A DNA stretch of 64,000 bases from Eukaryota sp. GEM-RC1 (lineage: Eukaryota), in the NCBI GenBank assembly GCA_040285855.1, contig JAUFOQ010000006.1, positions 62,001-126,000 on the forward strand, given 5' to 3'. Below the pieces are notes generated by a model. It searched no databases and was not told the origin of the DNA. It saw only the letters and a list, made by a program, of their open reading frames with translations. The position numbers were made by a program, and so were the translations under genes. This document shows, piece after piece, positions 13,651-24,741 of the stretch. The number at the start of each line of letters is the position of its first letter. The first letter of the stretch is position 1.

Positions 13651-15268
13651 ATGGCATGTCACAGTGCCTTCTCTGCACAACTGACAACTTATCTACAACA
13701 GACATGCGAAAAACTTCAAAACATCCAAGAAAGCGAAGTCTATAACCGTCTTCGTTCTACTTCCAAAATCAATGAGTTTCGGGTCCCAGAACTGAGGTCC
13801 ATAATAAAGTACTTCAATGACGTCTACGATGCCAATCTCAACCTTTCTTGTAACCTCAAGAGGAAGTTGGCAGACTCCATTCTAGAGTTCATCCATCGTC
13901 CTGAAATACACCATCTCATCAACAACGCCTCCATTCCACAAGTTTTTGATGAATGTAGCCAGTCATTTATCCAATCGCAACATCCTTTCTATTATCCCAT
14001 AAGTAATTTCTATTGTCGCTCACTTCCCTCTACCTTTCCCAGCAGAGAACGAATCCATCTCAGACTCCCTCCACAAGTCTCTGCTGCTCTAACTGCCCAT
14101 TCTCTCTCCAATAACTTTGCTGTAGTAATACGTATCTGGCTCCCTGAAGAGACACCCCCTGTCACCCACTGGACTAGTCACCACGGACTGACTGTCAATG
14201 GAAACAGAGTTGACGTATCTCAGTGCGTGAAGAAGATACGTGGTACAGTGACTCCACAGAAAATCATCACTCAAATACCTGCCGAGATTACATCTTATTT
14301 GGATAACACAATTCCATCAAATACAATTGATTTTGAATCTCCATCAAATATGTCTGGAATGTTGGTTTTCCAGTTAGTGGACAAACTTTCTCTGATTAAG
14401 GCAGTTAATAAGGTAGCAGACCGACCTCCAATCAAATTTGCCCCCTTTGATTTTGATGACGAATTGGCTGCCGTTACGTTAGAGCTCAGTCTTATGGATC
14501 CTCTTTCTTTCATGCGAATTAATAGACCTGCTAGAGGTATCAAATGTAGTCATCGTGAGTGTTTTGATTTAAACACGTTTATTTCTCATTCGGCCAAAAC
14601 CTGTATTTGGCAATGTCCTATCTGTTCCCAATCACTTTCCTTTTTGACTTGAGATTGGACTCTTGGTTTGCTGATTTATTACAGAAGGCTCCTCAAACCT
14701 GTGAAAAGTGATTATCAACATTTTATCAAAAGAAAATTTTAAATTTGAATTTCAAGAAGTTAATGATTCAATTTCTGATTTTTCAGATGATGATGAAAAA
14801 GTTTCAAGTGCTCCTACTGAAGTCGTCAACGTCAACGTTGCACCTTCGCCACCAAACAGAAGATTCTACCATCGATTACCTTCATCTAATCAACATCGAG
14901 GTTACATGATCCCCAATCAACGACATATTGTGATCCCCAGAACCGTTCTTCCTCCCTGTAGTACTGTTCCTGATTACCGTCCTCCAAGGGAAGTTGACGT
15001 CATTGATTTAGAAGATGACTCACCGCCACCACCTCCGCGACCTCAACCTCCACATACTACTCAAATTGCAAGGTATAATCAAGAAGCAGCTGCCCAGAAT
15101 CAAGTTCTTGTTCCCCCCTCTAGAATTTCTAGTTATGCTTCAAACCTAAAGAGATCATCTATGGGTTATGGTCGTGGTATTCATACTGGTATCTCTCCTC
15201 CACATAAGATTGTTAGGGAAGGTAATGACGAGGTTATTGTGATTTCTAGTGATGACGATTTCTGTTAG
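13651..15268 (+). CDS. SIZ1: SIZ/PIAS-type SP-RING SUMO E3 ligase (two apparent 1-nt homopolymer deletions near 14645 and 14706)
   Basis: SAP-like INEFRVPELRSII. SP-RING LSLMDPLSFMRINRPARGIKCSHRECFD..WQCPIC. Continuation DLRLDSWFADLL lies in a shifted frame. SIM-like VIDLEDD and VIVISSDDD. Confidence 0.9.
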
Positions 15269-15614
15269 TTAGCCATTACTGGTGGTTTTTGATTTATGTG
15301 CTGTATTAATGTACTTGTGTTTCTTTTTGAACAGTTTGTTTTATGGTTATTTGTCAATTCTCTGACTGGATTTATTACTAAGGTTTATTACATTAGTGTT
15401 TTCGGGATTTGCTGCTTTGAAGTGTGTCGTTTCATAAACGTTGGCTTTTTTGTATTCTCATTCCAATGTAATTACTACTAGTATTCGGTTGCTTGTATTT
15501 CAAGGTTTCTGACAGCAACCACACAAAATTTGTATTTCTTTCTGTTTATGGTAGATTCGGACAATATATATTCTAGAAACAACAGTATGGTAGACAATAC
15601 AATGTACCAAAACT

Positions 15615-16481
15615 TAGGGATGGCGGCCGGCCCACTTTTTACTCTCGGCCCGGCCATTCACTGCTGGCCGGCCGGCTTTGGCCCACTTTAGTTTTGGGCC
15701 AGACGGCTTTGGCCCAAATACACAGCAGGCCGGCCGGCTTATAAGCCGGCCTAATGACTCAAATTATTACATTTGAGTAACTACTTGTTTACACTGTGCA
15801 AATCGTTTGTGTATTTGGTTTCTTGTTGATTGTTTTCGTTCATAAACTCTGTTTTTAATTCAGTAAAATTTATTGTAGAAACTTACCAAAAACTGCAATG
15901 TTATAATACAAGACTGAGTAGGGTAAGTACGTCCTCTTAAAAATGTTGATGATCAATCGTCATTGTCGATCAGTGCCATCAGGCCTAATATTAATTACTT
16001 GCCGAAAGTGTTGTACTAGATCTTCCGGAAGCTTTTTCTTTAAAACAGAAGAAGGAGGAGCTGAAGCAGACGCAATAGGAACAGAAGCAGATTGTGATTG
16101 TATATTAGAATCTGTAGAGGAGATTATTTTTACTTGGTGGGAATCATTAGGCGAGGACATGTGTGAATACAAAGAGGTCAAAAAATCTGAAAACTGAAAG
16201 AAATCCACCTGTAGAAGCCTCTTTAATATTGATCTTACTAATGATAATATCAAATCCCAACTGATGACATCAACAGAATAGTTAACAAATGAATATATAA
16301 AGCGAGTTTATCAACATATAATTCGACTTTGGGCCGGCTTGGGCCGGCTAAATCAGCCCGTGGGCCAGCCATCAACAACTTAGGGCCAGCCGGCTCGGCC
16401 CAGAAAAATTCAGTAAATATTTGGGCTGGCCGGCTAATAAGCCGGCTTAGCCGGCTTAAATTGGGCCGGCCGCCATCCCTA
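15615..16481. mobile_element. Non-autonomous hAT-type DNA transposon (867 bp)
   Basis: TIR TAGGGATGGCGGCCGGCCCA / TGGGCCGGCCGCCATCCCTA. 8-bp TSD CCAAAACT at 15607-15614 and 16482-16489. GC-rich GCCGGC/GGCCCA subterminal repeats at both ends. Confidence 0.93.
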
Positions 16482-16921
16482 CCAAAACTTATTGTATTGT
16501 AACAATACATCATATTATTTGTGATCTGCTGGTTCTAACCTTAAATCACCCATAGACAATGATTAAACGAAGAGGAAGATCTCGTTCGAACACTGTGGTT
16601 GAATGGACTGTTTTTCATCCCTTAAAATACAGGACAATGACAAGTCAATTTTAAACAAAAACAGGGTTTATGATCAATCAATGATATAAATGATTTTGCC
16701 AAAAATATTAACTATCAGACAAAGTGTCTAAACTATGATCCTTCTGTCCATCATCAAACAACTTACCTAAAATTGAATTATACAATCTGAGCACTGAAAG
16801 AAACAATGCATACGGTAACCTACTTAGCCAAAAATTTTGATTGAAAAATTTGCCGTACTCAGAACGCAATACAATGAATTTGTACTTATCAACATTCATT
16901 TGGTTAATTAAATGACGTACT

Positions 16922-17272
16922 TTGTATTTTTATGATTCGAATGGTCATCTGGAAAAGGCTGAACAGCGAAAGTGTTCAAGTTATGCGGATGCTTTGCAGA
17001 AGCTTAATGAAAATCTATATTCTAAGTTTTCATTTGTTCCATTTGCAATTTCAATTTTCGGTAATATTGGTCCAGCCGGTTTAAAGTTTTTCAGTGATTT
17101 TAGTCTTTTATGTCGTTCTAATGGCAAGGTGTTCAATAGCGCTGTATGGATTAATCGAATTATGTTTGCTCTTTCTAGAAACATTCCCAAGTATTTATGT
17201 TCCATTTATTCGAAGTTGTATAGGGACAATTCTCGTGTTGATGTGGAGAATTTAACTTCTTTCATTTTCTGA
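16922..17272 (+). mobile_element. 3' fragment of a non-LTR retrotransposon ORF (region C-terminal to a restriction-like endonuclease)
   Basis: KAEQRKCSSY...FVPFAISIFGNIGPAGLKF matches the AE..K..KY...F.PF..E..G.LG pattern at the end of RLE-type non-LTR ORFs. AATAAA follows downstream. Confidence 0.65.
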
Positions 17273-17753
17273 AACAGTATGTATTAATTTATTGTTGCAA
17301 ATAAACTGTTATATACTTTGTATTTTTTAGTCCATTTTATAGGTCCGTTTTGTGCTCTGTTTAATCAGTGTCATGCTTAATTCAATTTAAAGAAAGAACT
17401 CGGTCCTACATTGTCCAACAACTATATTGGCAAATTCTAAATTCACATACCAAAAGTTCACATGCTTTGACATCGTCAACAGTCAACAATGATCCTAATC
17501 TGATTATGATTCCTGGTAGAACTGAGGGTCAGAGCGGAAGGGCCTCTAGAAACACACCATCATCACCAAGATATCTTCATTATTCAAGAACCGAACTGCC
17601 TCACTTCGATCAACCCCTACACTGCAAGATTAACCCTAGACCCAGAAATTTCGTTTCAGCCGTTTCTGTAACAAGTTCTCTCTCCACTGTATTCTCCAAT
17701 CTCCTTTTCTAATCTTTCTATTGATAGTTTAGTGGAGCCCTTCCAAATTGAAA

Positions 17754-17826
17754 GTTTCTGTAGTGTAGTGGTAATCACGTGATGCTCACACCGTCAAGGT
17801 CCCGGGTTCGACCCCCGGCAGAAACA
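17754..17826 (+). tRNA. trnV-CAC: tRNA-Val (anticodon CAC)
   Basis: Acceptor stem GTTTCTG/CAGAAAC, anticodon arm TGATG-CTCACAC-CGTCA, T-loop GGTTCGAC. No encoded CCA. A T6 Pol III terminator follows at 17828-17833. Confidence 0.97.
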
Positions 17827-18925
17827 CTTTTTTGTCTAACATTTCCGTTTTACCAAGTTACTTGCCTAATTAAATGTTTTCCTTGTAATTGTCAGCTGCT
17901 GAGAAGATCTTTGCGCTCCCTAGGAGAGTACTACAGAAAGAAATTTTAGACTTTTGTTGCTCTTAGCAAAAGGTTCGAAATATTGTGTTGTGAAAGAAGT
18001 TGTCTGAAATTGTTCCATTTCGGAGTTCCATTTATAGGAACAGAACTAGGTTTGTATTTCATTTTTTTATACCAGTATATAATTGTAGAATCTCACTATT
18101 TTCAAAAATAGTGAGATAAGAACAAAAATTAGAACTCAACATCATTAATGCAACCTTCATTGCCATCAATCTAACAGAAGCTTTTTCTTCATAGAAAACA
18201 CTAAGAGCTCAAAGAGCTTTCGAGAACATGACATGAATTGTTTTAAAGACTGAAAAGACTAGTATACCATTCAACCAAAACTTATGATCACTCTGTTATA
18301 AAGTTTATCGATGAAGGTTCCAAATTACATATAATGATAAAAGCTATGAAACACCAGACGATCAAACTATTTACTAATTCATTTTTTAAGGTCTTTTTCA
18401 AAATAGGAGAAAAAACAAAGAGCATCCTTACCATAGATTGAAATTGCAAAAGGACAAAATTTGTACTCAACATGTCTAGTTTGTTTGAATGCAGTCAAGG
18501 GCACATCATACTTGTTAATGCCAGCTGCTGGATGCTAGTATTGTATCTAATAGTTATTATTTATGGAGTGTATACAACAACATACATAAGATCAATATTT
18601 AATCATTTAATACATGTGGTACGAAATCTCAGGATAAATATTGTCTCACAAGGACACTTTTCAAATAGAGTTAGTCTCATTTAGACTAATTGTTTCTCGA
18701 AGTGTAATATGTTTTAACTGATTTCTACCGGTTTTGTTTACATATTGCTGAATTTGTATGACATAGAGATGATGACAACTGTAGATACAAAAACGACAAT
18801 TTGTTTTCTTAACTGAACTATTGTTAAAGTCACAGTCGAACTCCATGAAGAGCTATGATGGAAAAAAATTCCAATTTCAAACTGAACGACTCTCAATCTA
18901 TTAAGCTACTACACCACTCTAGCCT

Positions 18926-19758
18926 ATGTCCCTTCGAATTCTTCAACAACGCTTGGACAATATTTCACGGCTGAAAAAAGACATTGATACTCGATTCTCT
19001 TCATCTGCTGACAATAGCTCTTCTTCCTACTATAAACCAGGTGTTCAATCAAAGTGTGAACAGTTTGCTGAAGAACTGCATGATGTCTATTCAGTCTTTG
19101 GTCGAAACATCGCATTTACTAATCCCAAGGTGTTCACCACCCCTAAATCGTCCTCTAAACGCCCTAAAACATCAGCAAGCATCTCTAAAAGACACTATAC
19201 TTCTCCTGCTGCTTTCTCTAACACTTTCACTCACTTGTTGAACTTTTCTCATGCTACTGTGCCTGATTCTTTCTCTGTCTCTTCACCATCATCTTATTCC
19301 ACTGCTCAAAGAACTCTTAATCGATCTTCTGAAGAAGATCTCTCAAATCTTCCTGTTAATCACACCTCCAAGCTTCACTATGGATCTCCAAACCTTGTTC
19401 CTATTCATTTTGTTCCAGATTCTCCTAGTAATCCGAAAAGAAACGGAGACCAAAAACAGCTGAAGAACCTGTTAGAGATTCAACTTTTCTTACAACTGCC
19501 TTATCATTTTCCTCTTCCCCTTCACATACATCAGTTGTACTTTCCTCCACCCCAACACTTCTTCAGAAACGGAAATCTAGAAGTAAGTTGAGTGAACCAG
19601 ACTATGTAGTAGAAGAAATAGAGACTGTAGTTCCAGAATTAAATGTCAAGGTCCTGGGTTCGATTCCCTCTTTGGCAGGGTTTTTAGCATCTTCTAGGTC
19701 TTCACAGTTGTCTAGTAGAAGTTCTGCCAGAAGTTCAAGTAGAAAAACTCGACGATGA
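18926..19758 (+). CDS. Hypothetical Ser/Pro-rich protein (probable frameshift near 19440-19455)
   Basis: 221-aa ORF. A shifted frame continues coding-like (TAEEPVRDSTF...SRKTRR) to a stop near 19758. Confidence 0.45.
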
Positions 19759-20625
19759 TTGTTTTTTTTCATGATTTCATCCATTTGAGCGCTACTTTTC
19801 TTGGAAACGTGATGCTATTCGATGATTGTTATGTTGTCCTTGCAGTGAGTTACAGTTTCATTAAGGCAATTTGTAAATTTTGGACAATTCAGAAAATTTT
19901 TGGCTTTGTTTGGGGACAATATCGTCGAGATTAATTTGATCCTCTTTGTTGATTGATAGCCCTACTTTTGATTTTGTAGTTGTATTTAGTTGTAGAACTT
20001 TGGTGCTTATTTACATCATGCTTTGAAATGTAGATAATGTATCTGGTCCAAAGTTTTTCTGAAGAGGACGAGTTCAAAACTAACATTCTAACATTCTCAA
20101 TGTGAGAGCTGACCAGACCACAGGGAACTTCAATAAAGGAACTTATCACGTCACCTTGTCAAATTAGAACAATCAACAGTATTATGTCGGTCTTTTCGAT
20201 TCACCAAAATACAGTGTATGGTAAGTTTCTACCAGAAACCATCTTGTTTTGATGACATTGAGTATTAGATCATCTTTTTTTTATTTTCGAATATAAAATC
20301 TAGAAACCATCTTAAAAGCAATGAATGAAGTATTTAAAAAGATATTTAATGACTTGGGGATTACAACGCGCCATGATCGATCACGGTTAGCTAAAATTGA
20401 GCGATTTTGAGTTCAGAATGATAAAATTGTTGCTACTGTATGTTTACTACAAATAGGATAAAATAGTGGATGTTTACATATAACCTTATTTTATTGTCAA
20501 TATTTGAGCAATATACTGATGTTTGGCTTCGGCTCAAGCTGTTATGGTTATGTTTCAATTGATAGATTAATACATATAATTCAAGTCGTCTCTGATGACA
20601 GTTTTTTCGACCACTATTTTTGTCA

Positions 20626-21576
20626 ATGTCGATTTGTCACGCTATTTATTCAGGAGACCAGGTAGCTCTCCAGCATACAAAACATCAGGACAATTCTAAC
20701 GGTCTTCACACGATATCTCTTGCTCATATCACTGCTCCCCGTTTTTCTTCTAGAGGCAAATCGGATCCCTTCGGATTCCACTCCCGTGAGTTCCTTCGGA
20801 ACTTAGTCCTAGGAAAGACCGTGAACTTCTGTACATTGCCTTCCAATTCTTCTTCTGGGGATCTCAGCCTTCCCTCTATTCCCTCAATTACAATTCACAT
20901 TGTCCGTAATGGGTGGGCTCGTGTAAATGAATTTCCCTCAAATTGTGCTGTCTCTGCCTTGTATTCCCAACTCATTAAAGCACAACAGGAAGCTAAATCA
21001 GAACAACGTGGTATATGGTCTGATCCTTCTACCTCTCGTTCTCTCCTACAAGAGGAGAAGATCACGATTGATCCACCGCCCAGAATAGTCTTCTCTAAGC
21101 CTCAATCTACAGCCAAACACATCACATCAACAGCTCAAAAATGTATTGTTGATCACGTCATTACAGGTTCTTTCATCAGGATCATTATCACTGATCGTCG
21201 TCCAATGCTTTCTATCTCTATCTCTCTTGCTGGAATCCAATGTCCTGTCTTCAGAAGGGATGCTCAAGGTCAATCAGTTCCAGATCCTTTTGCAGAACAA
21301 GCAAAGTTCTTCGTAGAGAGCCGTCTTTTGCATCGAGAAGTTCCTATAGAAATACATCAGTTTGATGATAAGAGAAACTGCTGGGTGGGAAGTATTCGTG
21401 CTGAACAAGGAGACCTCCAATGTTTACTCTTGAAAAGTGGCCTAGCTAAGCTCAACGAACATCATCTGCTTTTCACTCCAACTACAGCTCCTTCTTTAAG
21501 AGAAGCAGAACAAGAGGCAAAACATGGAAGAATCAATATCTGGACAGATTTTGTCCCTCCACAGAGTAACAACTGA
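20626..21576 (+). CDS. SND1: Tudor-SN/SND1-like protein, only the first two staphylococcal-nuclease domains
   Basis: AIYSGDQV..ISLAHITAPR..DPFGFHSREFLRNLVLGKTV..AQQEAKSEQRGIWS. Second repeat ISLAGIQCP..PDPFAEQAKFFVESRLLHREV..AEQEAKHGRINIW. Confidence 0.8.
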   Translation: MSICHAIYSGDQVALQHTKHQDNSNGLHTISLAHITAPRFSSRGKSDPFGFHSREFLRNLVLGKTVNFCTLPSNSSSGDLSLPSIPSITIHIVRNGWARVNEFPSNCAVSALYSQLIKAQQEAKSEQRGIWSDPSTSRSLLQEEKITIDPPPRIVFSKPQSTAKHITSTAQKCIVDHVITGSFIRIIITDRRPMLSISISLAGIQCPVFRRDAQGQSVPDPFAEQAKFFVESRLLHREVPIEIHQFDDKRNCWVGSIRAEQGDLQCLLLKSGLAKLNEHHLLFTPTTAPSLREAEQEAKHGRINIWTDFVPPQSNN

Positions 21577-21806
21577 TTTTGAAAGCTAAACTTGATCATA
21601 TTCATCTTGTTTGATTGATTTCTTGAAGTGTTTCTTCGTTTCTGTATAATAAATAGCCCCGGTTGATGAAGATTAGTCGTATTAATTATTTCTTTAGTAC
21701 GAAAGATTGATGTTCAAGTTCTGTATGCGTATACATTGTATGAGATAAATCAATTTTAACAATAAAATTAAATGTACATTGTACAATATTTGAATAATCT
21801 TTCTAA

Positions 21807-22647
21807 ATGGATGAGCTCCTTGGTTTGTTGAAGAATCTCTTTGTAAAAACAGATTCAAGACCGAAGTCTCAGAAAATCACACTCACAGTATCCTCGTGGA
21901 ACATTGGAGATCGCGGAACCAAAGATGATTATGAACTTTGGCGGCACCAAGTGTCTGCCACATTGGAGGAACATCAGCCCGATGTTCTCCTTCTTCAAGA
22001 AGCTCTGCATTGGAGCTCTCTTCTTTCTGTGTTGTATTTACCGGTGTCGCTCCAAGTGGGAGACCTTGTGGCGGCATCAAAGAAAGTCATGGGAAACCGT
22101 CATTCAACGACTGTTTTTGGTCCAAGAGTGGAGTATCTGGGTGAGGAAGTAGTCCCTGTGATTGGACATCGTACACTGGTAAACCGTATGAAGTTTTGTG
22201 GAGAAGAACTTTTTCATGGTCAACTTCCATGGTCCTTCGAATGCTAAGAAACGGAAGTTGAATAAGGCTGCAAAAGTTTTGGAAATTGTTCAATTTCTGA
22301 AATATTGGTCCACAGTTGAAACACCAGTAATTATTGCTGGTGATTTCAATTATTCTCTCATTCGACCCTTAACGCGATCAGAAGCAGATCTACTGGGGGC
22401 AGAGATAACCTATTTTGAGGATGGATTCTCTATTTTGGATTGTTTAAAATTTTCAAATTTATCATATATCGAAAATCTAGATGACAAACGCAGGTCAAAA
22501 GGTGCAATTGACTTTATATTATTATTTTCCAACAATTCATCATTGAACCTCGTTAGTACTGACAGAATCAATTCGCCAGAAAGTACATCAAAGATGCTCA
22601 ATCATCCATTGGTTAAGGCAATTTTTGAATTTGAGATACTTCAATAA
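21807..22647 (+). CDS. Exonuclease/endonuclease/phosphatase (EEP) superfamily protein, one frameshift near 22212
   Basis: VSSWNI, PDVLLLQE, VNFHGP, PVIIAGDFN, AIDFIL, LNHPLV in the correct order across ORFs 21807-22247 and 22198-22647. Confidence 0.85.
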
Positions 22648-22671
22648 ATATAAAATACTTAAAATTGAATT

Positions 22672-24681
22672 TTATTGAGGAATTACAACTGAGGTATCAA
22701 AAATAGTTGAAATTTCCTGCATTAATTTCTTTTCAACAACTTCCTCCTTAGGTTTAGACATCAAAAACTCAGTAACACGTGAACAAATTGAATTCAACCC
22801 TGAAATTTTAAATTTTGACTCAAATACTGAGGCCAATCTCAAAATTAGTTTAGGTGGAACTGGAATATAAACAAAGGGAAAACCATTCATATCAGAAAGT
22901 TGTACTAACTCAATTAACAGATGAAACATTTCTGGTGCACTTTCACTTGTTTTAAAGAAATTTGAAAGTTCCAAGAATTTACTATGTTTAAATTTGGTAA
23001 TTGATTCTGAATCTGGTTGTGGAAGAGTTACACCGAAAGTTTTTGTAGCAATGACGAGCTGCTCCGAAACAGTGTCAACGTCATTTGATTGTTTTAAACT
23101 ATCAATCAAATTATCAATTGATTCGTAACTACCTTGAGGCGACGAGTTTGCTAAAATCTTCAGTGATTGAGGTAAATTGAGCTTCTCATCAATTTTGATT
23201 GATGGCAGGGGATGACTGTTTTCAAATCTGACATGAGTTTCAATAAGTATTGCTAAAAGTTGACATAATGAAGGTCCAACGGTTTTGAGAAAATGCTTGA
23301 CAACAACGTCGTTTAAATCATGCAAATCCTTTGAATAGAGATCATTTTTGATTGAAGAGGAGAACGTCACATGTTCAGTCAAAATAAATGACAACTGATC
23401 AGCAATTATATTCAGCTGGTTTTGGAAAGAATCGCGTGTGGGTGTACTGATTTGAGTAATAAGAGTGGAATAGATTTCCTCCCCGAAATTCTTAAAATAT
23501 TGAACAACAGGGTGTTTAACTGTTAGATCAAAATCCAGTACAAATACTTCATTCAAAATGTCTAAAACTTTGTGAGCATCAACTCGAGGCTTTTCAACTT
23601 CTGTTGTTTCCTTTTGATTCTTTTTGCCACCTTTTTTCTTCTTTTTTGGAGTGGTCAATGTTGGGGATGATTGAAAGTTAGATAGAACGAATTCCTCAAG
23701 AACTGGAAATGACAGATTTTTAAACAACACTTCAAATTCTGAGAGGTTGGATGAAAAAATTAAAAATTTCCCAATGTTGATCATAGGTCGCTCTCGAACT
23801 TCAAAAGTTGAACAAATAAATTCAGCAAAATTTTCCAAAAATTCTAAATCACTTTGAACAAAAACTGAAAGATCAATCACGTCATTCGATTTGTAAGTCA
23901 ATATCGATTCACAAATAGTATCAAAAAATAATGAAGTCACAAAGTAATCCCCAAGGACAAACCCATCAATTTGATTGATTAAAAAATCAAACGATAACGA
24001 GTCACGATCATTGAGATAATATATACCATCTTGTAATATTTGGTCAACTTTGGAAATTTTAGATTTTTCAGTGTAAACGGTTGGAATAAACGTATCCTTG
24101 TCAAACTCCCCTTGAAGTGATTCCCGAATAGTATCAACAACAAGATCAATTATGTCTTGTGGTAAGTTTTGAACAACTTCCAAATCCGTCAGAATGATTG
24201 GAGTTTCAACAGAAGTCAATTGAAGGATGACGTCATCACATTTTGACTTGAACCAAGAAGATAGAAGATAGAAGTGGGCGTGGAAGAAAGGTTCACAATT
24301 ATGACGTGATAATTGTGTTTTTAAGACATCAATGGTAACATTGTACAGCTTAGAGAGAGAGTACAAGTCCAGGAAGCCTTCGGATTGGAGAGAGTTGGAG
24401 ATTGAAGAACAAATAGTAGACCAGTAAGGGGCAGAGATAAGGTCACCTTTGTGGCTTACAACTTCTTGTGGAGAGAAACGTGTAGCAATGGAATGAACGT
24501 CGTCAATGTCGAGATTTAATGTTGAAGAGATGTCAATGGTAGACATTCTATGGTTTTTGGAGGAGAGGAGAGACGATATTGTGGACATTAATCCAGTAGT
24601 AGTGTAGTGGTAGTCCCCAGATACAGTTGAAATAACAGTTATGAGTCCACGTTCTTGGAGAAGCTGAAGAAGTTGTGACAT
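22672..24681 (-). CDS. UFL1: E3 UFM1-protein ligase 1-like
   Basis: N-terminal LQERGLITVISTVSGDYHYT, winged-helix-like repeats and a central KKKKKGGKK tract, as in UFL1. Confidence 0.7.
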   Translation of the reverse strand: MSQLLQLLQERGLITVISTVSGDYHYTTTGLMSTISSLLSSKNHRMSTIDISSTLNLDIDDVHSIATRFSPQEVVSHKGDLISAPYWSTICSSISNSLQSEGFLDLYSLSKLYNVTIDVLKTQLSRHNCEPFFHAHFYLLSSWFKSKCDDVILQLTSVETPIILTDLEVVQNLPQDIIDLVVDTIRESLQGEFDKDTFIPTVYTEKSKISKVDQILQDGIYYLNDRDSLSFDFLINQIDGFVLGDYFVTSLFFDTICESILTYKSNDVIDLSVFVQSDLEFLENFAEFICSTFEVRERPMINIGKFLIFSSNLSEFEVLFKNLSFPVLEEFVLSNFQSSPTLTTPKKKKKGGKKNQKETTEVEKPRVDAHKVLDILNEVFVLDFDLTVKHPVVQYFKNFGEEIYSTLITQISTPTRDSFQNQLNIIADQLSFILTEHVTFSSSIKNDLYSKDLHDLNDVVVKHFLKTVGPSLCQLLAILIETHVRFENSHPLPSIKIDEKLNLPQSLKILANSSPQGSYESIDNLIDSLKQSNDVDTVSEQLVIATKTFGVTLPQPDSESITKFKHSKFLELSNFFKTSESAPEMFHLLIELVQLSDMNGFPFVYIPVPPKLILRLASVFESKFKISGLNSICSRVTEFLMSKPKEEVVEKKLMQEISTIFDTSVVIPQ

Positions 24682-24741
24682 TTAGACAGTAGTTTAAACT
24701 TTAAAGTACTGTCTGGTTGTTTTAATCAAAAAAGTTGTCTA

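Noticed and set aside
13651..15268. Functional linkage of the host SIZ/PIAS and UFL1 genes to the element's proteases
   Set aside because: They lie outside the mapped boundaries among ordinary housekeeping genes. Proximity is probably chance.
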